Assembly: GCF_964188315.1 (NCBI RefSeq)
Contig: NC_135670.1
Location: 37,944,001-38,008,000, forward strand
Source of the DNA: Podarcis muralis
Lineage: Eukaryota
Reading direction: 5' to 3'
DNA: 64,000 nucleotides
Position numbers and translations under genes: made by a program. Below are positions 9,401 to 23,279 of this stretch, in pieces (within the stretch, counting starts at the first letter, position 1; each line of letters starts with the position of its first letter). Below the pieces are notes generated by a model, which made no database searches, was not told the origin of the DNA, and was given only the letters and a program-made list of their open reading frames with translations.

Positions 9401-12400
9401 CCCAGCCATTCTGTCCACCACCACCAACTATTTTCTAGAACCTGCATTGGTTTCTGCACTAAAGAGGAACATATAGGGCTATTTTCAAATGTGGTTGCCA
9501 GGTCTGTTTTTTAACTTGCTTCCAGTCATGTTCATTGATTATAGTGAGCCTGCAAGTTATGGTCACTTTACGTTGGTGGGGAAAAGTGAACAAATAAAGG
9601 AGAGCAGGGAAAACCCACCATGAGCTTCTCTCCATTTCTTTGCCCCCTTCTCCCTGCACACCCACCTTGCAGGAGGGGCAGTTCCAGGGCTTCCTGACAT
9701 GGCACCATTTTGCCTTTGCACACGGACCACAGAGCTGAACCCTCATGCAAGTGGCAGGCCAGCTGTACTTGCTAGAAATACTTATGTGTTTCAAATGTTG
9801 TAGACTGCACAGTTTTGGACTACTTTGCATTGTGTGAAAAATATTGATGGATACTTCTCCTTTGTAAAATCCATAAAAGCTCTCCTTTTTTAAACTTTGC
9901 CTTTGTTTTCTTCTGCCTAGCTGCACTCGTTCTTGAGGAGTATCTCCTTTAACAACAGTGCTGGTGACTTAGTATCCTTTGATGAGAAGGGGGAGTTAGC
10001 AGGTGGATTTGATATTATTAACTGGGTTACTTTTCCAAACCAAACCTTCTCCCAAGTGAAAGTAGGAAAGATAGTTCCAGAAGAATCACAAAATGTAGAA
10101 TTCAGCATGGATGAGGGAGCCATCACATGGCACAGATCTTTTAATCAGGTGGGACCATTGGATTTTAAAAAACAAGGTATTGTTATTAAGAATACAAATA
10201 ATAAGGTTAATGTAGACATTCTTTATCATTAATTAGCAAATTGTTTAAGTATAACCCGTGTTATTTTACCATCGTACATGAGGTGAGAAGTAGATATTTT
10301 CTTCCTTAGAGTTCTGGTTTGAAAGTATATAATGGTAATATATTCCACTGTATTGCATATGGAATATTGTTGACTACCATCTCCCATCCTCCCTGATCAC
10401 TGGCCAGGCTGGTTTTAAGACTGATGAGAGTTACAGTCCAATACCATCTGCTGGACCAATGGTTCCACATCCCTGATATATAGGATTTCAAAACATTTCA
10501 ATGCGTTGCACATTTATGTACGAGTAAATCATGCTGAACCAAGTGAGATTTACAGCTCAGAAGACAAAGGGACGCTAAGTTACCCATTTGTTTTGAAAGA
10601 AGATTGATGGTCTTGAGGAGCTTCCTATGTTACCTTCTTTTTTAACTCCCTGTATTTAAAATTCTGGGGACACAGGTGGCGCTGTGGGTTAAACCACAGA
10701 GCCTAGGACTTGCCGGTCAGAAGGTTGGCACTTCGAATCCCCGTGACGGGGTGAGCTCCCATTGCTCGGTCCCTGCTCCTGCCAACCTAGCAGTTCGAAA
10801 GCACTCAAAGTGGAAGTAGATAAATAGGTACAACTACGGCAGGAAGGTAAATGGCCTTTCCATGTGCTGCTGTGGTTCACCAGAAGCGGCTTAGTCATGC
10901 TGGCCACATGACCCGGAAGCTGTACGCCAGCTCCCTTGACCAATAAAGCAAGATGAGCGCCACAACCCCAGAGTCGACCATGACTGGACCTTTACCTATT
11001 TCAAATTCTGTTGTCTTATCTGTCCTTCTCTCTATCCTCCTTCTCATTCACTCCTAATATTTACATTACAGTTTATCTACGCATACAACATGCCTTTCTG
11101 GAATAATGTTAATCAGTTAGCTGATCTCTTCTCTTTGGTTTAAACTGTGTTGTTTACAAGGCACAAGAGAGCTACATTTTCTCCTCTTTTTATGGCTAGG
11201 TGCTGCCCCTTGCCTTGTGTAATGATCGCTGCCAGCCAGGCTACAGCAGAAAAAAGAAGGAGGGGTTGCCATTTTGTTGCTATGATTGTGCTTCGTGTCC
11301 ACATGGGATGATTTCAAATCAAACGGGTAGGAGACATCACCTGCTATTTTGTATAATCTTCCTGATGTCTATTTCAACTCTTTCCCTCTATTAGTAGTTC
11401 AGTACTCCTAAACAGAAGAGCAGCTGCACTGATATCTGGGAGAAAAAAGAGACAGTTGGGGAAACTAGATCCAGAACTTTTACAAAGGAGATCTCTGGAA
11501 ATAGGTGTTGAATATGTCTGGTGTTATCTGCCTGCTTCCCACATGCTACATTGTTAGGAGTGGATAGTTTTAGTTGTGAGCCAGAAAAAAGGCATAAAAC
11601 TGTCTCCTTATGGAGAACTGTTCTCAGCCCAGCCTCTGAGCCCAAAGTGGCTGTTCTCAAGAATCCTCCATCACCATGAAGATTTCTCTGGGTGTGACCA
11701 ACTGTAGTTAAGGGCACAACCAAAGACAATGTTTCTGATTGTTAACTGCAGATGAAAGACAGAGTAGAACCTATTGCGGATTATGCATAATGATAGGAGA
11801 TTGTACAGTTTTCAATATTCACTTATCTCTGATACTTTCCCCAACTAATTAATGCCTTATTTGTTGGAACTCATATAACACTCATTTCATTTTTATTTTT
11901 TTCAGATATGGATTATTGTTTCCAATGCCAAGATGACCAATTTCCAAACAAGGACAGAGATCAGTGCATCCCCAAACGCCAACATTTTCTTTCCTACGCA
12001 GAACCTTTAGGGTTCGTTTTAGCTTCCTTAGCTCTGGCCTTTTCTCTGCTCACAGCTTGGATACTTGGCGTCTTCTCTAGGAATGGGGACACTCCCATTG
12101 TCAAAGCCAACAACCGGGACCTCACCTACACTCTGCTCCTTGCCCTCTTGCTCTGCTTCCTCTGCTCCTTGCTCTTCATTGGCCAGCCTCACCCAGTCAG
12201 CTGCTCTTTACGACAAGCTGCTTTTGGCATCATCTTCTCCATTGCTGTGTCTTGTGTCTTGGCCAAAACCATCACGGTGGTTCTGGCTTTCATGGCCACC
12301 AAACCAGGATCCAGGATGAGGAAATGGGTGGGGAAATCTCTCACAAACTCGGTTCTTCTTGCTTGCTGCTCCGTTCAAACCAGCATTTGTGTTGCTTGGC

Positions 12401-12807
12401 TCTGTACTGCTCCTCCATTCCCAGATGTGGACATGAACTCTCTGATGGAGGAAATCATTGTGGAATGCAATGAAGGTTCTGTCGTGATGTTTTATTCTGT
12501 CCTGGGTTATCTGGGATTCCTGGCCATGGTCAGCTTCACTATGGCTTTCCTGGCCAAGAGGTTGCCGGACAGTTTCAACGAAGCCAAGTTCATCACCTTC
12601 AGCATGTTGGTGTTCTGCAGCGTTTGGCTGTCCTTTGTTCCCTCTTATCTGAGCACCAAAGGAAAGCAGATGGTGGCTGTGGAGGTCTTTTGCATCTTGG
12701 CCTCCAGCGCAGGTTTGCTGGGTTGTATCTTTGCCCCCAAATTGTACATAATTCTTCTGAGGCCCGACTTGAACAGCAAAGACCACTTAATTCTGAGGAG
12801 CAAATAG
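6485..12807 (+). CDS. Vmn2r: V2R gene A, intact, 882 aa. Exons 6485-6717, 7622-7913, 8422-9288, 9921-10148, 11200-11326, 11906-12807
   Basis: All introns are GT-AG. Exon sizes 233/292/867/228/127/902 sum to 2649 nt, with no internal stops. Signal peptide, Venus flytrap domain, cysteine-rich domain ([24 protein letters not shown]) and class C 7TM ([28 protein letters not shown]). Confidence 0.93.
10667..10996 (+). mobile_element. Sauria SINE in intron 4 of gene A (older-looking subfamily)
   Basis: GGGACACAGGTGGCGCTGTGGG head, ACCTTTACC tail; ~14-bp TSD TATTT(A/C)AAATTCTG; empty site in gene B at ~26470. Confidence 0.9.
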
Positions 12808-13265
12808 GAATCAACTTTCATTAATGTTTTTAATTATTGCATTGTTTGCTGGCATTTATTGGAATAAAGCCAGACAAAGTAATTCCTTATATTTCTCAGT
12901 TGGGAGAGGAAATATGGCAGTTTTCATAGTAGTGCCCCAATAACCCTACTACTCTCCACTGCACCTAGTACCTGTGACTATAAGTGCAAGCTTTGTAAAC
13001 TGGATCTGTGTATAGCCCAGAGACATCCTGTGATGGTCTGAGGAGACTGGCCTACCTTGCATCGCATTGAGAAAATGATGGCTGCTGTCATGGATCTATA
13101 GCACCATGGTTCAATGTAATGAATGGCTGTAGAATAATCCAGAAATCATCTGATCTGTCAGTCGCTATACTTTTGAATAGCAGTAAGATAATGTAAGATA
13201 ACATTATTTTATGAAGCAGCCCTAAAGATAACTGTGGTGCACATGGTTGAAATTTTAGTGGGGAA

Positions 13266-13620
13266 ATCAGTGTGAAACATGTAACTGCTGCTGAGACTAT
13301 ACTTTATGTATTTATATGAAAACTGTATTATACTACAGTATATTTATTCATATGTAATCAAGGAAGGCTGCTTATCAGAGAATGTTGCTGAAAAAGCCTG
13401 TATAACATGGCAGAACAGTATGAACATTACATGAAGATACACAGCCACATCCAGCTTGCTTCAGAATATGAATTTGTCACATTTCCAAGTGGGACTTCAA
13501 AACAATTTTTCGAGATTTATTTCCCGCTGCTGCTTATCCACCTATTAATGCAACAGAAGACCCAGAATCTCTGAATTTATCTTCTCTGTGTAATGGTTTT
13601 CATCTCAGCTATCAATTGCA
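13266..13620 (+). repeat. V2R 3'-flank block, duplicated at ~14010-14370 and also present downstream of B, C and D
   Basis: GTGTGAAACATGTAA...AAGGAAGGCTGC...AAAAAGCCTGTATAACATGG...CTCTGAATTTATCTTCTCTGTG occurs twice after gene A and once after each of B, C and D. Confidence 0.8.
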
Positions 13621-14919
13621 GGCACATCTGGTGATTAGGACTTAGCAGTGTGCCCTGTGCCCATCCTCATGCTGCATCTATGACGTTGAGTCTGCAGCTA
13701 GGTCTGGAAGACAGAGCATGCATCACCTGGATGGCCCAGTGGGATATGCACTGGAATACCTTTATCCCATAAGTTGAGCGAGAGATGAAGAGAATGACTT
13801 GGTCAACAGAAAAAGCATTGACTTCATCCTGGCAGAAGCTTTCGACCTCAAGAAATGTGAGATGTACGCCAAGGCCAATCTACATCTGTAATAAATAAAG
13901 CTGAGACCAATTTTTAACCCCATAAAGTTGTTCTGTCAATTTGTTATCCTGCCAATACACTGATCTTCCATTCATAGCTAAAGGTATATCTCTTCATGGG
14001 GACACATCATCGGTGTGAAACATGTAAGTTCTGCTAAAGCCTTACTTTACATATTTGTGTGAAAATTATATTATAAATATATATCTATTAATATGTAATA
14101 AAGGAAGGCTGCTGATCACAGAATGTAGATGAAAAAGCCTGTATAACATGGTAGAACGTTATGAACATTTTAAAAAATTTTAAACATCATTCATGTGAAG
14201 ATACACAACCACATCCAGCTTTTTTCAGAAAATGAATTTCAAGCTGGGGCTTCAAATCAATTGAGCAACATTTATTTTCCACTGGCATTATGCACCTACA
14301 AAGGCTACATAAAACCCAGCTTCTCTGAATTTATCTTCTCTGTGAAATGGTTTTCATCTCAGCCTATAGAACATGGGACAACAGGAATCTTGTGTTCAGC
14401 TTTGGATATCAGCACTAATAAGATCACAAATTCTCTCATCTTGCAGTGTTCAATTCAGATACCAGTTCATTTCTTTCCACTTTGTTATGCAAGTCCCCCT
14501 GTCTTGAAACGAAAGGATGTTAGGCCTTAACCCAGCCTCTTCAGAGTAGGGTGCCCTGCAAAAATTCAGTCAATTGCAGTCGGGGTTTTTTTTGGAAATG
14601 GCATTTTGAGTTTAGGTATATTGAGTGGTTAAAAGAAAATTCACTTAATGTCTTTATCCCTGTATAACCTTTACAAAATATCTGAAGGCAGCCCTGCATA
14701 GTGAAACTTCTTATGTTTGATGTTTTATTATGTTCTTGTAGATGTTGGTAGCAACCCAGAGTGGCTGGGTCAACCCAGTCAGATGTGTAGGGTGATGATG
14801 GTGGTGATGATGACAGGGAATTGGTCTGAAATATGGGGTGTTGGGGGAGGGGTAGTACCTCTGGTGGGGGGGACATATCATGCTCCTTCTGGCATAGTTG
14901 TTCTACCATTGTTCCCCAC

Positions 14920-15600
14920 CCTACACTCATCTCTTGCCGGTGGCTTCTAGAAGCTGTGAGTATGCGACAGCAGCCACACCCAGGGAATGGTTTCGACTGG
15001 CCATCTAAACCAGGTGAGGGTAGCTGATGGGTCTCAAACCACTGATGAGTTAGGGACTTACCCTGCAGGCAAAGACAGGCTCTGGTGGATTGAGCGAATG
15101 AGACAGTGACTCCAATGGTCAAAAAGGCTGTTTCTGCTCATGCTGTAGAGGGAGGTGAGCTCAGATGCAGCTTGTTAAACTGGGAATGTCACCCATGTAG
15201 GAGAAGGAAACCTCTGATCCTACGTCTGCACTGTCTTTTGGGAGATCTTTGGGAGAAGAAAAGACTAAGGAGTAAACCCTACATAAAGCTGGAGTGGAGT
15301 CCCTAAGATGGTTTTATGTCACCTTGCATGCCTCCTTCCTGCAACTCCTTCACCCAGGCTGGTGCCAAAAGTAATGCTCTGCTTTTCTTTGGACCACATC
15401 AGTGATGCTAAAGTGTGTGGGAGGGGGTCTTGTCATCTGGGTAATCCAGGACCTCCATAGACCTCCGCTTGGGCTTGCATGCCAGGGAGGTCTTTTAACT
15501 TCAACCCCAGTGGAAAACTTCATTGTCTCTGAGGCAGATAGCTGTGGTCCAGTTACAGCTCCACCCTCCCTAGGCAGTGACTAAAGTAAGATGTGATAAA
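14920..15600 (+). mobile_element. Probable degraded 5' region of an RTE-clade LINE
   Basis: Motifs GGAGAAGGAAACCTCTGATC and GGAGTAAACCC...GGAGTGGAGTCCC resemble RTE 5' UTRs as I recall them. There is no ORF support. Confidence 0.35.
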
Positions 15601-16411
15601 CTAAACAATCCAGCAAACCATTATCTGGATTAAAAATGGCTACAAATTCATTGATTACAAGAGTAGGTGGAATTTTGGCTCAGGTGTTGCGTGTATATCT
15701 GTTCTAGCCTTCTTCAGGAAGGCTGACACATTTCCAGGGTTTTGCCAAGGATTCTGACCTCAATGTTTTTCAGCTCCCTCCATGTGCTCTGATTGGAGGA
15801 GAGTCCGGCTTCTCCCAGCAGCCACCACAACTGCCTTCTTTCATTGGTAACCTTATTTAGACACTGAGAAGAGCAGAAAGTTGTGCTCCTCAACAGTGGC
15901 TGCCCAAAGGAGGACACACGGATCCCAGGACATGGTGCAGGTGTGTTTGAGGAAGAGTGTTGGGAAAACTAGGAAGCTGCCTTCAGGGCACCAGTTTGCA
16001 GCTGGACTGCTTGCTTGCCTGGGGCACTCGCAATTGCAAGAAAACTACTCAATAACAAGTATGCATTATTATTTTGAACTTACTGTTAGTCACAGAGCTC
16101 AATGCTCTAAGGAGATACCTTAGTAATTATCTCAAATTGCTGGGTTTCATCATCCACCTTGCCAAACCCCATGTGCATTATATCAAGCCATGAACACAAT
16201 CAATATCAGAGTGTGAAAGTGCATATAAAATAAATCCTGTGTCATTTAGAGCCCAGATGAGAAATTCTGAACGTGCAAGTTTTCATGGACCAAATCTTTG
16301 GCATTTTCCCTTTATCAAAATAATCCAGAGTCATTCAATAAAAGTTCCTGTAATGCAGCCTATGGTAGATGAGATACAAATATGGCTTTCAACATCCCTG
16401 TTGGTCCCAAG

Positions 16412-17812
16412 ATGGTAGGAACATTTCTGCTGCTGATCCTTCTCTTCCTGTGGCTGCAGTTGCCTCCAACTGAGAGCAAGGAACACTCTGCTAGATGCAC
16501 CATGATGGAGCCTTTCCAGCTTCCATACCAGAATTATCAGAGAGGGGACCTAGTCATTGGAGGAATCGTTACCTACTTTGGGTTTTTATTTGAAGAAAAG
16601 GATTTCCATGAACACCCAAACACAAAGCTTATAGATGAACTTTTGTAAGTAAAATCCTATCCTTCATAGCGTACACTTGGTGAGCTCATGTATGCTACAA
16701 TTACACCAAACATACAATGGCATTCTCAGAACACGTTTCCACATGATTTTTTCCCCAGTAGGAATGTTAAATATATATTTTCTTCTCTTTACATTGTGAC
16801 CTGGTCACCTTCTTTGTTGCTTTATTCTGCTTCATGAAGTTTCTGTTTTCTGCCTGTTCTTCTTTCTCATCATCTGATCCCATGGCTCTCACCACTTTCT
16901 CCCAACTTCATCCTCATCCTCCCTCTGTGTTTCCTTTCCCTCCATTAACGCCTGGTTTTCCTTTGCAGCAAAGATTGATCCTCACTTTCACAATCACTAT
17001 CATTTAATCTGACAGTCACAGTTGAATGTGACATATGAATATCATAGATTTTGGGTTATACCTGCTGTTATGCAATGTAAACCATATTGGGTAATAATAC
17101 CAAGTATCGCAACTGAGTTTTACGCAGAGTAGACTCATTGAAATTAAAACACCTAAGTTTGTCTGATCTATTAATCCTAATGGGCCTTCTCTGAGTATAA
17201 CTAACATCGGCTACAGCATTTTTGGTACAGCCATAATTTTATTAGAAGGAGGGAAGGAGGGAGACTCAGTTACCGTGAAAGAATAGATCCTATCCCATCT
17301 GATGTGCTCTGGTCTCTACTCCCCACCTACACCTAACACTTACTATCTGAGAAGCACCATTCTCATGCAATGAGTGTTCGTTGGTTGCTGAAAGGAAATA
17401 AGGCATTAAGGGAAGGATGTGGCAAAATTATATACATGCATGTGAGCTAGGAAGTTACCAATGTGCTTAAGAGGGCGAGGAAGGGAATACCTCTGACACA
17501 CAGTATAACTCTTTTATTAGTGACACACCAAAGTACTACCAGAATATCCTCTCCCTGGTGTTTGCTGTGAGAGAAATAAACAAGAATCCTAATATCGTAC
17601 CAAATATGACCTTTGGGCTTCACATCACTGATAGCTACTTAAATGCAAGGATGACTTATCACAACACCCTGAAACTTCTGTCCATCACAGAAAGGATTGT
17701 CCCCAACTTCAAATGTGAGAAGAAGAAAAGTAAGGTAGCTTTTATTGGGGGGCTTGACTCTGACATCTCCCTCCACATGGCTACTGTCTTAGGCATCTAG
17801 AAGATTCCACAG
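16412..17812 (+). pseudogene. Vmn2r: V2R copy B': exons 1 (16412-16644) and 2 (17521-17812) only, with a premature stop
   Basis: TAC>TAG at 17798-17800 (GIYKIPQ becomes GI*). Homology to intron 2 ends near 18190, and no exon 3 occurs before the next copy begins at ~19095. Confidence 0.92.
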
Positions 17813-18193
17813 GTACAGTTAGTGTGGGGGCTGTGAATCTCTTCTGCCTCGGGTACAATAATTATCTTCTGGATTCGCAAAGCTTTCTTTTACTTTGGTT
17901 CATTTTTATGAAAAAGGAAGTGTGAGAGGAAAATATATACCTGATACAAAAGCATCTGGGGGAGTTTTGCAGTAGTGGTGGGAGCGGAGGGGCTTTGGTA
18001 CTCGCCTGACTTTGTTTCCCATGTGTCACTGGGAAGCAGCAGGGAGGTTGGAACAGGGCAAAGGCAGCAGCAGGAGTCTTCCTCCTGCTCCCAGGAAGCT
18101 GCACAACACCAGCTGCAAGAGGTCAGAGAAACCCTGCTCCTCCTTCTCCCCACCAACAACTGCTAGAGATGCACATTTTGCTACTGTGAGACC

Positions 18194-18233
<40 letters not shown>

Positions 18234-18345
18234 TATTTCTACCATGCCCATCTGGCTGGGTTTCCCAAGCCACTCTGAGCGGCTTGCAACAAAAAATAAA
18301 AAATACATTAAAAGATCAGTCATTAAAAACTTCACTAAATATAAG
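18194..18345 (-). mobile_element. LINE 3' tail (L2/CR1 clade) with (ATT)n microsatellite end
   Basis: The reverse complement reads AAGCCGCTCAGAGTGGCTTGGGAAACCCAGCCAGATGGGCATGG followed by (ATT)13. It sits where homology of copy B' ends. Confidence 0.6.
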
Positions 18346-19454
18346 GAAGTTGTCTTATATAGAGTCAGAACGTTGATTTTTCTATTTCAGTGCTATCTAC
18401 GAAGCTTCTATGGATCTATTGATGGTTACTAGACATAAACACAAGTTCAGTCCCAGAGGCTTGTGACTACTAAATGTCAGGAACACAGAAAGCTGCCTGG
18501 TTCTGGGGTCAGATTATTGGTCTGTCCAGCTCAGTATTATCTATAGTGACAAGCAGTAGCTCTGCAGGACTTCAGATGAAGTTCTCTCAAAACTTTTGGC
18601 ATGAAAAGTAGATCCTCCTTCTGCTGTCTGCTCAACTGCATTTTTACTATTATATTGGTTTTAATAACTGTCTTATGTAGATTTTATACTTGGCTATTGT
18701 TAGATGCCCTAGGCTCTTACGGGAAGAAGAGCAGGAAATACTGCTAATACTTTATGTAAAGTAGACCTGAGAGCACTCAGTGAAGGTAATAAAACACATT
18801 TCTTTACTGCCACCATCTTCAGTATCATCCAGAAGACCTACAGTGCTTGAGCTCATGTGTTCAGCTGGCACTGTGGTGCTTAGTTGCCACATTGTTTTCA
18901 CCTTTTTCTCTCCTTGGCCACTGCTGATTTCCTCTCTTCATTCTTGAGGATTTGAATTTGGGTAGAATTCCTTCACAAAAGTTGTCCTGACTGGGAGCTG
19001 AAATACGTTATTTTCATTCAGGGGGTTCTGCATCCATAAATGGATGTCTTTCCTTTTCATCCTTTTCAGTTCCACAAACATGTGTCCTTTTTTCTCAGCG
19101 GTGGCTGCCCAAAGGAGGACACACGGATCCCAGGACATTCCTGGATCCAATCAGAGACCAGGCTGACTTCTTTGAATCTGGGATGCCCTGCTCACAAGAG
19201 AACAGTTGAGTGCTATGTTCTATGTATTCTGAGTTCTCCCTATGGCCTTCCTCCAGCTTATTCACTTCTATGTCTTCTTTAAAGGAAGTGGAATTAAGTG
19301 GAGGGATATTAGGTGGACCTAGGAGATCAGGGTTAAAATCACCAATCACAGTGTGATCTTGAGCCAGCTGGCTGCCTTCTCCTTATGAGTTTTTATAAGC
19401 CAGTAGTGGGAAGGGTCGAATACCACTGGAACACATAACCCACAATTCCTCTTT

Positions 19455-20424
19455 TTTTTAAATAATAATATTTATTAGAGTTTCAAACAAATTACAAAAA
19501 TGGGGGGGAAATAACAGGACAAAAAAGAATAAAAAAATTACAAAATACAAAATACAAAGAAGTAAAACCAATTAAAAACAAATCCATCCTTCAATGTCTT
19601 ATCTTTCATTTGCTTGTTTCCCTGACCTCCTCAAACCTCCCTTTTTTGTATTCTAGTTCAATAGTTGTTTCAGCAAATCCTTACCATTTTTTCCTTTATC
19701 TTAATAGTTTATCTTAATATGTTGTAACTTTACATTCTCACCTGTTAACAATCCATTTTTACATCCCCTCTGTAACATTACTGCTAAAACCACATAACTT
19801 CATTCCAACATCCTTCTAACGTTCCTTAATTTTACAGTATTTCTGTAGATAATCTTTAAATTTCTTCCAATCTTCTTCTACCGACTCTTCTCCCTGGTCT
19901 CGGATTCTGCCAGTCATTTCTGCCAGTTCCATATAGTCCATCAGCTTCATCTGCCATTCTTCCCGGGTGGGTAAATCTTGTGTCTTCCAATACTTTGCGA
20001 TGAGTATTCTTGCTGCTGTTGTTGCATACATAAAGAAAGTTCTATCCTTCTTTGGCACCAATTGGCCGACCATGCCCAGGAGAAAGGCCTCTGGTTTCTT
20101 CAGGAAGGTATATTTAAATACCTTTTTCATTTCATTATAGATCATCTCCCAGAAAGCCTTAATCCTTGGGCACGTCCACCAAAGGTGAAAGAATGTACCT
20201 TCATTTTCTTTACATTTCCAACATTTATTATTGGGCAAATGATAGATTTTTGCAAGCTTGACTGGTGTCATGTACCACCTGTATATCATTTTCATAATAT
20301 TCTCTCTTAAGGCATTACATGCTGTAAATTTCATACCTGTGGTCCAACTTCGGTTTCGCTCTCAGTTTCTTCTCACCTTCCTTTGTTTTCTCCAGAATTT
20401 TATCTTTTTTCTCATTTTGAGTTC
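19455..20424 (-). mobile_element. 5'-truncated L1/Tx1-clade LINE (ORF2 C-terminal cysteine-rich region and A-rich tail)
   Basis: ORF 19816-20334 has CWKCKENEGTFFHLWWTC. 19-bp TSD TAACCCACAATTCCTCTTT at 19436-19454 and 20425-20443. Empty sites upstream of A and D. Confidence 0.92.
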
Positions 20425-23279
20425 TAACCCACAATTCCTCTTTGAGCCAGCTTTCCATTTTTCATTGAACTGGGAAGGTTCATTGGAACCCAGGTTGCTT
20501 GCTTAGGAACAACACCGTGAAGACCTCAGGAGAACTTATAACACCCTGCCAAGCTTTAGTCTCCAAGTATAGCCTTTCCCTTAGGTGCTTCCATCAACAG
20601 GGACACTTTATTGTCTGCAAATCCAAGAGTGTTTGACCATGCAACAATTGTGCTGCTACAAGAACGCTCATACCTAACCTCACACTGTGGGGTAACAACA
20701 GTGAAAACTCAAGAAGGATCTTATGTATTACCTCCCCACCCCCAATAAATAGGAAATATGGGGATTTCAGTTTGTCTCTGTCAGTGACTGTGTCTATTTC
20801 ATGACCTTACTGCCCTTCCCCTTCCCACATGCCACAACCAAATGTATTGTATGTTTCAAGTTGTACCACTGCATTTAAGCCTCCATTGTCACCTTCATGA
20901 GTCCCTCACATTGCTCTCCAACTCTAAGATGACAAAAGGAAATTCCCCACTTCCATAGGCATTTATCTATATTTTTATATACAATAAGTAGTCAGTTTCA
21001 GCTGTTAGCCCAGGCAGTGTGGGATTTCTGAAGTGTTTAGAAAAACAGATGTCTGCATACACTAACCATTTCTGTAAGGAAATGTAACATTCTGTATTGC
21101 ACCTGCAACTGGAGCCGGTGTTATTTTAACTATTTTCTCCCTTCCCTTAACTCTTGTACAAGGAAACATCCCTGAAAATCATGTCTCCATTGGTAACACA
21201 TGTACAGTTGGGGGAAATGGTGCAGGTGTGATTGAGGAAGAGTGTTGGGAAAACTAGGAAGCTCCCTTCAGGGCACCAGTTTGCAGCTGGACTGCTTGCT
21301 TGCCTGGGGCACTCGCAATTACTAGAGCACTACTCAATAACAAGTATGCATTATTATTTTGATCTTACTATAACTCGCAGAGCTCAATGCTCCAAGGAGA
21401 TAACTTAGTAATTATCTCAAATTGCTGGGTTTCACTGTCCATCTTGCAAAATCCCATGTACATTTTATCAAGCCATGAACACAATCAATGTCAGAGTGTG
21501 AAAGTGTATATAAAATTAATCCTGTGTCATTCAGAGCCCACATGAGAAATTCTGAACATGCAGGTTTTCATGGATCACATCATTGGCATTTTTCCTTTAT
21601 CAGAATAATCCAGAGTCATTCAGTGAAAGTTCTTGCAATGCAGTTTATGGTGGACTTTCAGCATCCCTGTTGGCCCCAAGATGGTAGAAACATTTCTGCT
21701 GCAGATTCTTCTCTTCCTGTGGCTTCAGTTGCCTCCAGCTGAGAGCAAGGAACACTCTGCTAGATGCACCATGATGGAGCCGTTCCAGCTTCCATACCAG
21801 AACTTTCAGAGAGGGGACCTAATCATTGGAGGGATTGTTAATTATTTTGGCTTTGTATTTGAAGAAAAAGATTTCCATGAGCACCCAAACACAAAGCTCA
21901 TAGATGAACTCTTGTAAGTAAAAAACTCTATCCTTCATAGTGTACCCTTGGTGAGCTCATGTATGTTACAATTACACCAATCATACGATTGTACCCTCAG
22001 AACACGTTTCCCTGTGACTTTTATCAAGGAGGGATGTTAAACATATATTTTCTCCTTTTTAATTTGTGATCTGGTCACTTTATTCTATGTTGCTTTATTC
22101 TGCTTCTTGGGGTTTCTATCTTCTGCCTGTTCTGCTTTCTCATCATCTGATTCCATGGCTCTCACCGCTTTCTCCCAACTTCATCCTCATCCTCCCTCTG
22201 TGTTTGCTTTCACACCATTAACGTCCGGTTTTCCTTTGCAGCAAAGCTTGATTTTCATATTCACAATCACTATCATTTAATCTGACAGTTACAGTTGAAT
22301 GTGACATTTGAATATCATAGATTTAGGACTATACCAGCTGCTATGCAATGTAAACCATACTGGGTAATAAAAGGAGCAGTTGCAAACTTGTTTTTGCAAA
22401 CCAAGTATTGAAACTGAGCTATTTGCAGAGTAGACCCACTGAAATTAATACGCCTAAGTTAGTCTGATCTATTAATCATAATCAGCCTTCTCAGAGCATG
22501 ACTAACATTGGCTACAGTATTTTTTGTACAGCCACAATTTTATTTGAAGGAGGGAAAGAGGGAAACTCAGTTACCATGGAAGAATAAACCCTGTTCCACC
22601 TGATGTGCTCTAATTTCTGCTCCCCACCTACACCAAGCACTGATTATCTGAGAGGCTCCAGTCAGAATTTCTGACTTGGCAACTTCTCATCCAGTGAGTG
22701 TCCATTGGTTGCTGAAAGGAAATAAGGAGTTAAGGGAAGGATGTGTCAACTTATGTACACGTGCATGCAAGCCAGGAAGTTACCAATGTGCATAAGAGGG
22801 AGAGGAGGAGAATACCTCTGACGCAAAGTATAACTCTTTTATTAGTGACACACCAAAGTGCTACCAGAATATCCTCTCCCTGGTGTTTGCTGTGAAAGAA
22901 ATAAACAAGAACCCTAATATCGTACCGAATATGACCTTTGGGTTCCACGTCACTGATAGCTACTTAAATGCAAGGATGACTTATCAGAACACCCTGAAAC
23001 TTCTGTCCATCACAGAAAGGATTGTCCCCAACTTCAAATGTGACAAGAAGAAAAGTAAGGTAGCTTTTATTGGGGGACTTGACTCTGACATCTCTCTCCA
23101 CATGGCTACTGTCTTAGGCATCTACAAGATTCCACAGGTATAGTAAGACTGGGGCTGTCAAGCTCTTCTACATCGGGTACAATAATTATCTTCTGGGTTC
23201 TCAATGCTTTCTTTTACTTTGGCTCATTTTTCAGAAAAAGGAGGTGAAAGATAAAAATATAACCTTTTTTTTCTTTTCT

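Larger units (their letters stand above)
3903..12900 (+). repeat. Left arm of a large inverted segmental duplication (partner ~53700-63848)
   Basis: CR1 fragment, GC-rich block 4745-5430, upstream region and all six exons of gene A are colinear with the reverse complement of the gene D region. Confidence 0.9.

Noticed and set aside
12208-12786. 192-aa antisense ORF conserved opposite exon 6 in A, B and D, and 251 aa in C
   Set aside because: It is a shadow of the codon bias of a hydrophobic TM exon in near-identical paralogues. It changes length passively with the frameshift in C and has no recognisable domain.
16382-16411. Upstream in-frame ATG suggesting an N-terminally extended receptor
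   Set aside because: It is present only in the pseudogene copy. The other four copies support the ATG at 16412.
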